From Mobula hypostoma (Eukaryota), in assembly GCF_963921235.1 (NCBI RefSeq), contig NC_086097.1, positions 133,302,001 to 133,366,000 on the forward strand: a stretch of DNA of 64,000 nt, given 5' to 3'. The notes below the pieces were generated by a model, which saw nothing but the letters and a program-made list of their open reading frames with translations, ran no database searches and was not told the DNA's origin. How positions within the stretch are numbered: position 1 is the stretch's first letter; every line of letters starts with the position of its first letter. Below, one piece after another: positions 24,921 to 39,414 of the stretch. The position numbers and the translations under genes were made by a program.

Positions 24921-26994
24921 TAAAACACTTTTTTTTTTAGAAAATTCACCTCTTTCAAAGATCTAAAAATACTGAAAGGTTACTTGAAGCTATGACAGAA
25001 ACACAAAAATAATCTGCTTTTTTTCCCAATACTTTATAGAGGCATTTTGATCCAATGAGTATTAAATAATGAGGGGTATTGATAGGGTGAACATACATAG
25101 TCTTATTCCCAGAGATAGGGAACTTAAAACTAGAGGACATAGTTTTAAGGTGGGAGGTGAAATACTTGAGACCTGAGGGGCAAATTAGTTGACGCTTGTA
25201 AAGAATGAGCCATCAAGAATAAACAGTTGAGGAAGATACATTAACAATCAAGTAAAGAAATACGCAGATAGGAAAGGTTTAGGGGGATAGGCAGGTAAAT
25301 GTGACTAACTTGGTGGACAAAATGTCAGTAATAGACAAGTTAGGCCAAAGGGCCTGTTCCCATGCTGTATTTTCTCTGACTCTATGGCCTTGTCCCAGGT
25401 TACCTGCAAAGGCAGCTATAGGACAGAGAAACTACTAACTTTCTTTCAGGGATCAGTACTGCATTATATTCCACCAGCGAAATGGCATAGGGAAGGTGGG
25501 TGGATGAGAGGTTAGTAATGAACTGGACAACTCTTTAAGAGAGCTTTTAGGGGGATAAAGAGGTAAATGCCCTGCTAAAGTAAGATAGACTACAGAATGG
25601 CTCTTCCACCAAGTACTGAAATGACTCTCATGCTTGCTCAAAGTTAAAACTTGCAATGTCAGTCATGTGACAGGTAGTAATCGGGCATTCTAATGATAAA
25701 AAAAATTGTACCCAAGGTTAATAAGTGCTGGTGTCTGTTATTCTTCAGCACCAGCTAAAGCATAACCCATTTAAAAGACTGCACAAATTTAGCAGTCTTT
25801 CAAAATAAGGGTGACTGAAAGATGATAGAAGATCACAGAAGTCAATTTTACTTGCAGGAATATTTCCTTACTATGTTGCGGCTCTTTTTAATTTCCTTAA
25901 ATTAGAAATGCTCATTATTAAAATTGCTTATTGGGGCAGAAAAATAAAGATAATGTGGTACACGAATAATAATTACAGATCAACTTGCTCATTATGATGA
26001 CATATGGACAATTGATGCTTAGATATTGAATTATCCAAGGCACCAATAAAAATTAATGAACCATGCAAAGTTTAAACCCTGAATACATATTTTAATCTAT
26101 ATCTTGTTTCACTTCACAAGCCAATTAAGCAAGATAGCTTGTCAATTAAGCAGGATAATTAACACGTTCTCAGTGCAATTTAACATTCCTTCACTCGTTT
26201 TTGACTTTTCCATAATTCACCTTGATACCAGCTCCATAAAGACTACTTACAGCATTAAAGGCAATTTCAATATTGATAGATAACAGTTTTCCAAAAATAT
26301 ATATCTTTGGACATCAGTAAAACAGTTAATTTCAGACACTGCACTCACAACTCAAACCAATGAAAGCATGTTGTTTTTAAAAGACATATTCCAACTCTGA
26401 ACGGGAAGCAGAAACAGAGGACAAAATGTTAGTGGAACTGAAAAAGTGAATGGGAATTTTTTACAGAATGATTTAAGGGCAGAGAAAACGGTACATACAT
26501 ATGACTAGAATAAAAATAATGCAAGCTATAACCAATGTAAAGGATAGAGGAGGGAGAGATTGCAAATTAACAAAGCTGTAATACCAATTACATTTATTTA
26601 AACTTCTGCTTTCCATATTCATGTTTGTCAAAGTTATTTCTGATACTTGACCATAATGTCATCTCAACAATGAACTATAGCAACTTAACTGGCTATAGAT
26701 GACAACTTAGCAAAAAATGACTTACTTTTTAAAGCATTTTTCAAGATAATAAACATGATAAAATATTTTGTGGTACTCACTAATGACTGGATACTAATTA
26801 TGGACAGTGATGGATGAATATTCAATGAAATGAAGGAACTCTACTGAGTGTAGGTAGAGTGGTAAGTTATGAGTAGCTATAAAAAAAAGTTATTTCTGAC
26901 TTAGGAAGTAATTAAGACAGTTCTCAGGAAGAGAACTCCTATGCAATGCAGCGACTCACTGGGCTTTGAATTGTTGTGACATAATCTAACAACT

Positions 26995-27309
26995 GTGTTG
27001 GTGCGTGGCCAAGTTGTTAAGGTGTTCGTCTAGTGATTTGAAGGTCGCTAGTTTGAGCCTTGGCTGAAGCAGCGTGTGTGTCCTTGAGCAAGGCACTTAA
27101 CCATACATTGTTCTGTGATGACACTGGTGCCAAGCTGTGTGGGTCCTAATGCCCTTCCCTTGGACAACGTCGGTGGCGTGGAGAGGGGAGACTTGTAGCA
27201 TGGGCAACTGCTGGTCTTCCATACAACCTTGCCCAGGCCTGCGCCCTGGAAACTTTCCAAGGCGCAAATCCATGGTCTCATGAGACTAACGGATGCCTAA
27301 AAAAAAAAA
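26995..27309 (+). mobile_element. tRNA-headed SINE with CORE-like segment, copy 2
   Basis: Near-identical to 14067-14369; poly-A tail; 9-bp TSD CTAACAACT at 26986-26994 and 27310-27318. Confidence 0.88.
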
Positions 27310-27519
27310 CTAACAACTAATTTTATGCAACATAAAGCATCATATTCCACAATGAAAATAATGCTTTTAATGGCAAATGTTTCTTGGTATTCTGTATTAC
27401 TATTACTACTAAACTCCACCATCTCCCAGCTTTCTAACTGAGTACTTCATTGATATGTCAGCCCACATCACAATTGTATCATAGACTGTGACCGGTACCC
27501 TTAGCTTAATGAAATCAAA

Positions 27520-27910
27520 ACTAATATTGAGCAACATGTTTGTTATCTTGAGGCAAATTAGGGTAGATAACATCCCCAGGGTCTGACTAGGTGTTCCCTC
27601 GGACCCTGTGAGAGGCAAGTGCAAAAATTGCAGAGGCATGGGCAGAGATATTTAAATCATCCTCAGTGACAGGTGAGATACCGGAGGCTTACAATATAGC
27701 TAATGCTGTTCTGTTGTTTAAGGAAGGCTCCAAAAAAAAAACCCAGGAAATTATAGGCCAGTGAGCCTCACATCAGTAATGAGAAAGTTATTGAAAGGCA
27801 TTCTAAGAGAACGGATATATGAGTATTTGGATAGACATGGACTAATTAGGGATAATCAGCATGGCTTCATGTGTGGTAGGTCATGTCTAACCAGTCTTAC
27901 AGAGTTTTCA
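27520..27910 (+). mobile_element. CR1-clade LINE internal RT fragment
   Basis: PGNYRPVSLTSV..KLL..IL...QHGF..GRSCLT.L.EF motif; ends about 20 nt from the e11 donor. Confidence 0.8.
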
Positions 27911-27931
27911 ATCGATAGCATCAATCCTCAC

Positions 27932-28199
27932 CTAACTAAGTCACTGGGCTTTTTGAAGCTCTTAGTACAAAATGAGCACTGGTTTGCATGTTTAGGTTCC
28001 TCTTCCATTTCTGTGTTCTTATCCTTCATCTCACTGACACGGTCCTTTTCTGCTGCCGATTGCACTAACACTTTTTCAGAAATTGTAGCATCTAATCTCG
28101 TTTCAGTTTTTGCCAGTTCTGCCGTCTCCTCTTCTGTAAATGTGATGATCCCAATCCTTGGCCTTCGCACAACAGGTCTCTCTAGGTTTTCATCCTCGT
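27932..28199 (-). CDS. ZNF236: ZNF236 exon e11; acidic linker plus finger 13 start
   Basis: [95 protein letters not shown] acceptor, GTGAGG donor; 268 nt, phase 1-2. Confidence 0.9.
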
Positions 28200-28629
28200 C
28201 TATGTTTACAGGGTAAAAGCAGAAAACATTTTTTTGGTCATATTTAAAAGACTCCACCATAAAAAAAACAGACTTGTGTAGATTGCCAGCAATTATTGAA
28301 TGTAGAAATGACATGCCTCTACCAGTGAATGAAAAACGAAGTGCTTCGCATGGCAGGCAGCATCTGTGGAAAGAACAACCGCTAACATTTCAGATTGGTC
28401 AACTTTCATCAGAAATGGGTCTTGATGGCAGTGACCTTTCTGATAAAACATCATCAACCTGAAACAGTATTTCTCTCTCCACACATGGTGCCTGTTGGTT
28501 GAGGACTTGCAGTATTTTCCCATTTTTTATTCCAAATTTCCAACATTTGCAGACTCTGCTTATTAAATTTCCATGAGTTATTTTGTTTGGAGCTAATGCC
28601 TTTTGATGCTGAAACATTAATACAACGGG

Positions 28630-31600
28630 AAAGCTCCTGGGAGAACGTATGAAGGAATTGGAGCTGCAGCTCGATGACCTTTGACTCATTCGGGAGAATG
28701 AGGTGATAAACAGGAGCTACAAAGAGGTAGTCACCCCTAGGTTGCAGGAGACAAGTAACTGGGTGACGGTCATGAAAAGGAGGGGAAATGCACAACCAGT
28801 GTAGAGGACACCTGTGGCTGTTCCCCTCACTATTGAGTATACAGTTTTAGATACTGTTAAGAAGGACAACCTACCAGGAGGGAGCCACAGTGACTGGGTC
28901 TCTGGCACTGAGTCTGGTGCTGTGGCTCAGAAGTGCAGAGAGGTGAAGGGATTGTAGTGCTGATAGGAGGTTCTTTCATAAGACGAACAGAGATGAGATT
29001 CTGTGGGCGCAATGGAGATACTCAGATGGTATGTTGCCTCCTGGTGGTAGGATCAGGGATGTATCAGATCACCAGAAGTCTTGGTGCATATTGGAACCAG
29101 TGACTGGTAGACAAGGTGATGAGGTCCTGAAGAGAGATTTTAGGGACTAGATAGAAAGCTGAAAAACAGGACCTCCAGGGTAGTAATCTCTGGATTTCTG
29201 CCTGTACCACACACCTGTAAAGGTAAAACTAGGATGTTTTGGCAGGTGAATGTGTGGCTAAGGAACTGGTGCAGGGGGCAGGGGTTTAGATTTATGGATC
29301 ATTGGGATCTCTTTGGCGGGTAGGTAAGACAGGTTACACAAGAACCCAACGGGGTCTAATATCCTTGTGGGCAGGTTTGCCAGTGTTGTTCGGGAGGGCT
29401 TAAACTAATTAGGCAGGAGGATGCGAACCGTAGTGCTGAGGATGAGGCAGCTGGTTTTAAACAAAGGCAGTGAGATTCCTAGCAAGAAGAGGCTGATGAT
29501 AGGGTAAAACAACAGTCAACAGGATGAGCTGCAATGTAAAAGGCGGACAGAATCGAAAAGGGTGTATACAGGATTGAAGGTGTTATATTTGAATGCACGG
29601 AGTACATGGAATAAGGCAGATGAACTTGTAGCACAGTTACAGATTGGCATGCATGATGCAGCCATCACTGAATCATGGCTGAAAGTAGATTATAGCTGGG
29701 AGCTTAATGTCCAAGGGATCGAAAGGAAAGGCAAGTTGGCAGAGGGGTGACATGACTCTTTTGGTAAAATAATTAAATTAAATCATTAGAGAGGTTACAC
29801 AGGATCAAGTGATGAATCATTGTGGGGAGATCTAAGGAACTGCAAGGGTAAAAAGACCCTGATGGGAGTTGTATACAGTCCCACAAACAGTAGTAAGGAT
29901 GTGGTCTACACATTATAATCAGGAGATAGAAAATACAAGCCAAAAGGGCATTGTTACAATAGCCATGCGTATTTTCAATATGCAGGTAGATTGGGAAAAT
30001 CAGGTTGATGCTGGATCCCAAGAGTGGGATTTTCTAGAAGGTCTATGAGATGGCTTTTTAGAGCAGCTCGTGGTCGAGCCCACTAGGGGATCAGCTATTC
30101 TGGATTGAGTGTTGTGCAATGAACTAGAATTGATTGGAGCTTAAGGTAAAATAACCCTTTGGGGAACGTGATCATAATATGATTGAATTCACCCTGAAAC
30201 CTGAGAAAAAGCTGAAGTCATATGTATCAGTATAACAGCTGAGTAAAGGAAATTACAGAGGCATGAAAGAGCTGACCAAAAGTGATTGGAAAAGAACACT
30301 GGCAGGGATGATGGCAGAGCAGCAAAGCCTGGAATTTCTAGAAGTAACTTGGAAGGCACAGGACATCTCCATCCCAAAGAAGAACTTGTATTCTAAAGGC
30401 AAGATTACACACCTGTGGTTAACAAGAAGTTAAAGCTAACATAAAACCAAAAATAATGGGGAGTTACATGATTAGGAAGCTTTTAAAATATGATAGTATG
30501 CTAGCCATTAATATTAAAGAGTATACCAAAAGTTTCTTCAGATACATAAAATGTAAAAGAGAGGTGCTGGACAACAATACTGGAGAGATAGTAATAGGGG
30601 ACAAGGAAATGGCAGAAGTTCCAGAGTGTCGGGGGTCAGAAGTGTGTGAAATTGCCATTTCTAAGGAGAAGGTTCTTGGGAATCTGAAAGGTCTGAAGGT
30701 AGATAAATCACCTGGACCAGATGGTATACACTGAGGGTTCTGAAAGAGGTGGCTGAAGAGATTGTGGAGGCAGCAGTAACGATCTTTCAAGAATCAGTAG
30801 ATTCTGAAATAGCTCCAGACGACTGCAAAATTGCAATTATCATTCCACTTTTCAAGAAGAGGTAGAAAAAAGGAAATTATAGGCCAGTTAGTCTGACCCC
30901 AGTGGTTGAGAAGATGTTGGAGTCAATTGTTAAGGCTGTGGTTTTGGTGTACTTGAAGGCACATGATAAAATAGGTTGTAGTCAGCATGGTTTCCTCAAG
31001 GGGAAAATCTTGCTTGACAAATCTGTTGGAATTCTGAAGAAATAACAAGCAGGACAGATCAAGGAGAATCAGTTGATGTTGTGTATTTGGATTTTCAGAA
31101 GGCCTTGACAAGATGCCACCCCTGAGGCTGCTTAACAATCAGAGGACATGGTATTACAGTACAGATACTAGCATGGATAAAGCAGTGGCTGATTAGCAGG
31201 AGGCAAAGAGGAGGAATAAAGGCAACCTTTTCTGTTTGGCTGCCAGTGACTAGAGGTGTTCCACAGGGGTCTATGTTAGGAGCGCCTTTTTTTTTAAAAA
31301 AAACATTATATAAAAATGACTTGGATGATGGAAATAGTGATTTTATTGTAAAGTTTGCAAATGATAAGATAGATGGAGGGGCAGGTAATTTTGAGGAAAT
31401 AAGAGAGGCTACAGAAGGACTTAAGACTGAGTAGGAGAATGGGCAAAGAAGTAGCAGATGGAATACAGTGTTGGGAAATGTATGGTCATGCAATTTGGCA
31501 GAAGGAACTAAAGGGTAGATCATTTTCTATTCAAAAATCTGAGGCACAAAGGGACTTGGGAATCCCTGTACAGGATTCCCCAAAGGTTAATTTGTAGGTT

Positions 31601-32235
31601 GAATCTGTGGTGAGAAAGGCAAATGCAATGTTAGCATTCATTTTATGAGGACTAGAATATAAAAGCAAGGATGCAATGGTGAGGCCTCACTTTTGTGAGC
31701 AGTTTTGGGTCCTTTATTTTAGAAAGGATGTGCTGAAACTGGTGAGGGTTCAAAGCAGATTCACAAAAATTATTCCAGGATTGAACAGCTTGTCATAAGA
31801 AGAGCATTTGATGGCTCTGGGCCTGTATTCACTAGAATTCAGAAGAATGAGGGGTGACATCATTGAAACCTATCAAATGGTGAAAGGACTTGATAGAGTG
31901 GATGTAGAGAGCATGTTTCTTATGGTGGGAAAGTTTAGACCAGAGGGCACAGCCTCAGAATGGAGGAGCATCCTTTTAGAACGGAGATGAGGAGTGGCTT
32001 CTTTAGCCAGGGAATGGTGAATCTGTGGAATTTGTTACCACAGGAAGCTGTGGAGGCCAAGACACTGGGTATATTTAAGGCAGAGGTTGATAGATTCTTG
32101 ATTAGTCAGGGCATGAAAGGACATGGGGAAATGGCAGGAAATTAGGGCTGAGGGAAAATGGATCATGATGAAATGGTAGAGCAGACTTAATGGGTCAAAT
32201 GACCCAATTCTTCTCCTATATCTTATGGTCTTATG
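28630..32235 (+). mobile_element. Long decayed CR1-clade LINE (ORF1 esterase-like part, APE endonuclease, RT, 3' UTR)
   Basis: VHIGT-like SGNH block near 29080, YLNARS..NK.DEL and ITESWL (APE), DKSPGPDGIH, NYRPVSLT, GVPQGS.LG, KFA.D; many stops and indels. Confidence 0.9.
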
Positions 32236-32663
32236 GACTGCAAACACTTAATCGTTCTGCTGCTGGGTTATCATTTCTAAGATCCATTTGAGAAGATAAA
32301 AGTAAAGGTAGAATGCTAGTTATTAATGAAGTTGAAGATGGCTGCTTTGTTCTGGAGCTGAGTTGAATGACTTCTAACATCTACAACCATAACCCTCACT
32401 CTCCCACTTTCATGGTCAATATGTTGAGATTGCTGAGTTTTCCATTTTGACTCTCCATGACTGCACATTTACCAGGGCTCTTCGATGCTACACTCAAGGC
32501 AGTCACTCTCAGCTTTCTGAAATTCAACTTCTTGGACCATTATTTGGCCAGGGTAGAAATGAGTCTTCAAGGAGAGTGGTAGGGGATGGAAGCGATGAAA
32601 TCCCACTGTAAAACCTTCGACTGATAATAGAACACAACTGCGTTCAAGCGATGTATTTCATAC

Positions 32664-32849
32664 CTCCTACTCCTGCAGTAGTTTGATGAGCTTTCATGTG
32701 CCTTTTGCAGTGAAGTGATGTTCGGAAAGTATCATCGCAGAAAGGGCACTTAAATGGTCTGAGGCTGGTATGGATTACCATGTGCCTTGTAAGACTCCCA
32801 TTGGTAGTAAAGGTGGCATCACAAACATTGCATCTGTAGGCTTTAATAC
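32664..32849 (-). CDS. ZNF236: ZNF236 exon e10; fingers 11-12
   Basis: [65 protein letters not shown] acceptor, GAG|GTATGA donor; 186 nt, phase 1-1. Confidence 0.92.
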
Positions 32850-33644
32850 CTTTAAACATGTATAGACATAATTCAAAATGCCAATAGATGTTAAAATAAG
32901 ATATCATTTGTTTCAAAAATACTGACAGAAACACAGCAATTGGTGTTACAGTATACAGCAGTTTAAACATCAAAACATCAACGTAATGATGGAAACCATT
33001 CAGCCTTTTACATCTATTCAGATTCATTGAACTAACTACTCAATTAGTTCTAATCCCATGCCTTTCTCAATTCCAGGTATTTATTGCAGTCTCCTTTGAA
33101 GTTATTATTGAGTCTGCTTCCACCTAACTTACTTTGGTGCAATTATTTTAGATTTTAATTATTTTGTCTCGGTGATTTCTAAGTAAAAGATAGGTAGTTC
33201 AATAAAAGAGCAATTCCGTTCTGAATCACATTTGACTTGTATTATGCTTGGCCAATTATTTTGTTTTAAAAATTATATTGAAATGCATGAGACAATTCAC
33301 AACTAAATTCAGGAGTCAAAACTTTCTGAAGGAATAAACTGATTTGCTGTGGATAACAAGCTAGTTCAAATTTTCAGCTAGACAAATTAGCTGGCCGGAG
33401 CTCCCACCAGAAACCAGCAGGGGCCTTTTTTTCTTCAAGAGCAAATTGAAATCAATGAACTCAAGACTCTACTGCTACTTCTATCACTATCTGTGTTGTG
33501 AGAAAGCATTTTCAGCTTGCCCACAAATGGCTCTCATTTATCACACAGGCGTTGTGAAAACTCACCACTTTTCACAATGCTTTGGCTGTAAACCACTATG
33601 TGCTGTTCTGAGCCTACAAATGGGATTAGAAACATACACTTTGT

Positions 33645-34500
33645 AGAAAACCTATAGCACAATACAGGCCCTTTGGCCCACAAAGCTGTGCTGAACATGT
33701 CCTTACCTTAGAACTACCTAGGCTTACCCATAGCTCTTTATATACCTATCCAGGAGCCTCTTAAAAGACCCTATCGTTTCTGCCTCCATCACTGCCGCTA
33801 TTAGCCCATTCCACGCACTCACCACTCTCTGCGTAAAAGACTTACCCCTGACATCTCCTCTGTACCTACTTCCAAGCACCTTAAAACTATGCCCTCCTGT
33901 GCTAGCCATTTCAGCCCTGGGGAAAAAGCCTCTGACTATCCACACAATCAATGCCTCTCGTCATCTTACACACCTCTATCAGGTCACCTCTCATCAAGGA
34001 GAAAAGGCCGAGTTCACTCAACCTATTCTCATAAGGCATGCTCCCCGATCCAAGAAACATCCTTGTAAATCTCCTCTGCAGCCTTTCTATGGTTTCCACG
34101 TCCTTCCTGTAGTGAGGTGACCCGAATTGAGCACAGTACTGCAAGTGGGGTCTGACCAGGGTCCTACATATCTGCAACATTATCTCTCGACTCTCTAACT
34201 CAATTCCACAGTTGACAAGGGCCAATGCACCACATGCCTTCTTAACCACAGAGTCAACCTACATAGCAGCTTTGAGTGTCCTATGGACTTGGACCCTAAG
34301 TTCCCTCTGATCCTCTACACTCACTATATTCTGCCTCATATTTGACCTACCAAAATAAACCACCTCACAGTTATCTGGGTTGAAATCCATCTGCCACTTC
34401 TCAGCCCAGTTTTGCATCATATCAATGTCCCGCTGTAATCTCTGACACTATCCACAACACCCCCAACCTTTGTGTCATCAGCAAATTTACTATTCCATCC
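33645..34500 (-). mobile_element. CR1-clade LINE 3' fragment
   Basis: TLVRPHLQYCAQF.SPHYRKD...ERLQRRFTRM and RGDLIEV motifs in ORF 33911-34249. Confidence 0.85.
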
Positions 34501-34558
34501 CTTGTATAAATACAAGCTCTCATCTCTTATTACACATCAGTATACTCAAAGCCATTAC

Positions 34559-34710
34559 CTGTATGTGTTCGCTGATGTGCTTTCAAAACACCTGAGGATA
34601 CAAAACATCGATTGCACTGAAGACATTTGAAGGGCTTTTCACCTGTGTGCGAACGTACATGTTGCTTTAGATGGCTTGACTTCTTGAAACCTTTGGTACA
34701 GAATTCACAC
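34559..34710 (-). CDS. ZNF236: ZNF236 exon e9; fingers 9-10
   Basis: [57 protein letters not shown] acceptor, GTAATG donor; 152 nt, phase 2-1. Confidence 0.94.
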
Positions 34711-34842
34711 CTGGGGAATGCAGGAGATGGGTAAAAATAGTCAGTGTTAACAATGCACTAGACTTTTATATACCTTCAGAATTAGAGATGAAAATGGAGA
34801 AAAGGGATAGTAAACATTAGACCATGAGTTTATTCCCTAGAA

Positions 34843-34922
34843 CAGAGGTTCCCAATCAGGGGTGCACAGACTGCTCGGTTAATGGTAGTGACCCATAGCA
34901 TAAAAAAGGTTGGGAACCCCAG
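34843..34922. mobile_element. 80-bp hAT (Buster/Charlie-type) MITE inside a CR1 3' fragment
   Basis: TIRs CAGAGGTTCCCAA / TTGGGAACCCCAG; 8-bp TSD CCCTAGAA / CCCTAGTG with central TA. Confidence 0.75.
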
Positions 34923-35904
34923 CCCTAGTGTTGAAGAATAAGGAGAGATTGATAGAGATAATATAAAATTATGAGGGCTATAGATATGGTAAATTCAAGC
35001 CGGCTTATTCAGCTAAGGTTGGGTGAGACTGGAACTAGAGGTAATTGATTAAGGGTAAAAGGTGAAATGTTTAAGCGGAACATGAAGAGGAACTTTTTTT
35101 CCCCACTCGGAGAGGTGTGAGTATGAAACAAACTGGCAGCATAAGTGGTGGATGTGGGCCTGATTTCAACATTTAACAGAAATTTGGATAGGCACATGGA
35201 TTGGAAGGATATGGAGGGCTATGGTCCAGATGCAGTTCAATGGGATTAGTTGGCATGGACTAGATGGGCTGAAGAGCCTGTTTCTATATTGCAGTACTCT
35301 ATGACTCAATTTCAAACATACTCAAGGGTTTAAACTTCTGTGGCAAGGAATTCCAGATATTTATGGCCCTTTATAAGGAACTCTTCTTTAACTCAATCTT
35401 AAATAGGCATCCTCTTATTCTGACACTATACTCTCTGGCCAGACTCTCATGAGGAAAACATCCTCAATACTTCAAGCCTCCCTCCCCAAAAATCTTACAC
35501 ATTTCAATAAAATCATTCTCATTTTTCTAAAGACCAAAATGTGCATACCCAATTAATTCTACCTTTCCTCATAAGACAATCCTTTCATATCTGAGGTCAT
35601 CCCAGAATCTGAACAGCCTTCAATAATATCTCTCCTCAAATAAAGGTATTCTCCCTGGCAGTTGGTAGACTTTTAAAAAGACTTCAATATTTCAAAATGA
35701 AAGTAAGTGTTACATTTTCCTTCCTGATTACTTGGCACACACTGTGTTGCTGATTTCTGAAGTCTTTCTCTATTTAACAATGTGTTATCATTCTTTCTTC
35801 CAAAGGAAACTTCACATTTTCCACATTTTATAATTCATATCACTTTGCCCAATAACTCAACCCATCAATATCCCTTTATAAACCTGATATATTCTCCTCA
35901 AAAC

Positions 35905-36840
35905 AGTAAAGAACAGGGTTTCCCTTCTTCCACCATTGATGCTGCCCTAACCACATCTCCTCCATTTCCTGGACATCCACACTCACTCCATCCTCCTGCC
36001 ACTTTCACAGGGGTAGAGTTACTTGTCCTCACCTACCACCCGATGAGCCTCAAAATATAATTTTCCACAACACCCACCATTTTCAACCAGACCCGACCAC
36101 CAAACACATCATTATCTTCCCTCCCACATCCACCCCCCCCCCCGGTCTCTGCTTTCTTCAGGGATAGGGATTGCTCCCTCTGGGATTCCCTTGTCCATTC
36201 ATGCCAGCCCACTCCACTAATCTCCAACGAGGTACTTAACCCCACAAGCAGAAGCAGCGCTACACCTATGCATTCACTTCCTCCCTTATCTCCATTCAAA
36301 TCCTTCCAAGTGAGGCAGTACTTCACCTGCAAATCTGCTGGGGTCATCTACTGTATCCAGTGCTCCCAGTGAGGCCCCCTCTAAGTGAGACCAGATGTAG
36401 ATTGGGAGACCATGTTATCAAGCAGTTCCGCTCCATCCGAAAAATGCAGGATATCCCAATGGTCAATCATTTTAACTCTGATCCCCATTCCCATTCCAAC
36501 ATTTTGGTCCATGGCCTCCTCTTCTGCCACAATACAGCCACTTCCAGGTTCCAGGATAGAGGAGCAACACCTCATATTCCATCTAGGTTGGGGGTCCCCA
36601 ACCTGATGGCATGACCATTGATCTCTCAAACTTCTGGTAATTTTCCCCCTCCCCCTTCTTCAATTTCCCCACTCTTGCCTCTTACCTCTTCTCATCTGCC
36701 TAACACCTCCCATTAGCACCCATTTCTCCATGGTCCACTCTCCCCTCTTATCAGATTCCTTCTTATCCAGCCCTTTACATTTTTTCTACCTATTATCGCC
36801 CAGCTTCTTATTTCATCCAGCCACTCCCACTCATCTTTGA
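35905..36840 (+). mobile_element. Older PLE fragment (RT C-terminus, linker, GIY-YIG)
   Basis: GFPSSTIDAAL, LVLTYHP, FTC.SAGVIYC, EEQHLIF motifs; diverged homolog of 20505-21500. Confidence 0.82.
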
Positions 36841-37964
36841 AAGTTGTGTTACAAATGTTGATCACTTTGTACCAATGATCTCTGTAATGGCTCTACTATC
36901 GCATCTGGTTATCAATTCCTGTGTTGTGACAATGGCAGCAGGCATAAAGAAGCACTTCTCTTAGGAAAGAAGTCAGAGCCTAGTGCTTGTACCTGACTAG
37001 TAATCCATAGGTCTGTGCAAGTAACTTAGAGATATTTCGAATCTGTCTACAGCAGCTAAATTTAATTTGGATTAACCAGCTAGTAATTATAATGACATCT
37101 ATGAAACTACCATATTCATTACAACTGCTTTCCAGCCAGGCTCTCTGATGAACTTTTGAATCGGAAGGATTGGTCAGGGCATCAAAGGACACGAGAAGGC
37201 GATAAGGGGTTGAATGGGATCTGGGATCAGCCATGATGGAATGGCGGAGCAGACTTGATGGGCTGAATGGCCTAATTCCGCTCCCATGTCTTATGGTCTA
37301 AGAGTGCCATCCATTCTTGGTTGGTCTACATTTAATCACACTCAATGTGGGGTTAAATGTCAGCTATTTACTGAAGTGATAGGTTGATAAATTTGCCAGC
37401 AATGCCCACGCTGCATGAATTAATTAAAAAGGGTCACATTAGTGAGGAGTAAATAATTATAGGACCATGGGCACAAGTAGTCCTCAAGAGTTTGGCAGCA
37501 CAGACATCAGGCTCTGTATTGAGCAAATATGAGTTGGCTTGCTTTTGAGAATAATGTGGGAAAACTCAGCAAGAGCTTTCTATTGGGATTCATAAGTTGC
37601 ATTCTAGCTTGGGAGAATCTGGTCTCCATGCCCTCAGATGGAGACTCTGACAAGAGAGGTGTCCAACAGCACATCCAAACATAGATTAAAAATACGTATA
37701 AACACATATGTGACCAGTACTAAGGAACAAATATACACTGCACCACAATAACTGTAGTATAATTTTTTTGCCAAGTTTACACTACAGAATTCACATCTAG
37801 TTCATTTACTGTTTCCATTCACTGCAACACCAATTTGAATGGAGACAGACAGAAATCCCAAACTTAGAAGTAGGAATTCTGGGCACTGCTTTGGCCTGTC
37901 TTTGACATCCTTTCTAGTTCTAGGAGTGGGATGACTAGAACATTTAAAGTGGTTGTGGTACTAA

Positions 37965-38550
37965 CTGCCTTTCCTGTGGTACAGTTTAGGCTGCATCTGG
38001 AATATTGTATATAATTCTGGTCACCCCATTATAAGAAGGATATCCTGGCTTGGGAGAGGGTGCAGAAGAGCTTTATCAGATATTGTCTAGACTAGAAGGT
38101 ATAAGCTATAATGAGAGGGTGGACAAACTTGGGTTGTTTTCTGTGGAGCAGCAAAGGCAGAGGGGAGATCTGATAGAGGTTTATAAGATTATGAGAGGCA
38201 CGGGTAAAACTGACAGGTATCACCTTTCCCAAGGCTGAAATGTCTAATACTAGAGGGCATGCATTTAAGGTCGGGGGGGGCGGGCAGGTAATTTCCAATG
38301 AGATGTGAGGGGCAAGTTTTTTTTTAAATATACACATACGGAGTGTGGTGCCTGGGGTGGTGGCAGAGGCAGAAACATTAGAGACCTTTAAGAGATATTT
38401 AGATAGGCATTTGAATGTGAGGAAATAGGAAGGTCATGGACATTGTGTAGACAGAAGAGGTTAGTTTAGTTGGCCATTTGATTACTAATTTAATTGGTTC
38501 GGCACAACATTGTGGGGCAAAAGGCCTCTTCCTGTGCTGTACTGTTTCAT
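37965..38550 (+). mobile_element. CR1-clade LINE 3' fragment
   Basis: LEYC...WSPHYKKD, LGLFS.E....RGDLIEVYKIMRG. Confidence 0.8.
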
Positions 38551-39123
38551 GTCCCACTTTCATGAACTAGTAAAGGGCATGTTCTGCTGAGAACATGCAC
38601 CAGACAGATTCACTGCTGTTGCTAAGAGCACCACACATCTATAGTGGACAAATGCTGACGAGGACGCAAGTTTCATGGGTCTTTAATTAAAATATTTCCC
38701 ATCTGTCCTCTCCTCATCTACTATTTCAAGCATTTATAACATGAAATTCTAAATTTTCTTGAGTAATGCAGCATAATTTTTTACGTCCATCAAACAGGGC
38801 AGAAATGAAAAATGTTTTGAGTTCTGCAACAACCCAGTACTACCTCAACTAGAATTGTGGGTAATATCCTATCTCAGATCCAGGAGATTCTGGCCCAAGA
38901 TTGTTACCATGAAGCAAGGTCTGAAGTTAATGACAACATTCATAGGATGATATGGCCAGAATCTTATTGGTCAATAGAAAACATATGCCTGGCATCTCTA
39001 CTGGCCAGAAAGAAGGGGCTTTTTTGAGATCAGTAGATATACAAAAAGTGAGAATGTGTAATAGATGCCAGTGAGGAAGTGTCCAGCATAGTGGAACACA
39101 TATAACTTCTCACTATATCCAAC

Positions 39124-39227
39124 CTGTATGTTCTTCTGACTTGGTCCTCATTATCAGAATGGAATGCTGAACGATGGCTTTGAAGTTGCAATGTTCCTGG
39201 TGACGGCTCATGTAATAGCCGAGTGGC
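39124..39227 (-). CDS. ZNF236: ZNF236 exon e8
   Basis: ATRLLHEPSPGTLQLQSHRSAFHSDNEDQVRRTYR; TTCTTCAG acceptor, CAG|GTTGGA donor; 104 nt, phase 0-2. Confidence 0.87.
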
Positions 39228-39414
39228 CTGAAGAATGCACGGAAAAGCACAGAGAAATTTAATAGATAAAGAAAATTAATTGAATCATATCATTGAATAG
39301 GAAAATATTGAATTACACCCATAACAAGACAAATATTGCAGAAATACAGTACAGGGGACATTCAGCCTTTCCACAAGGAATAATTTTATTTAAAGGTATG
39401 CACAATATTCTATG

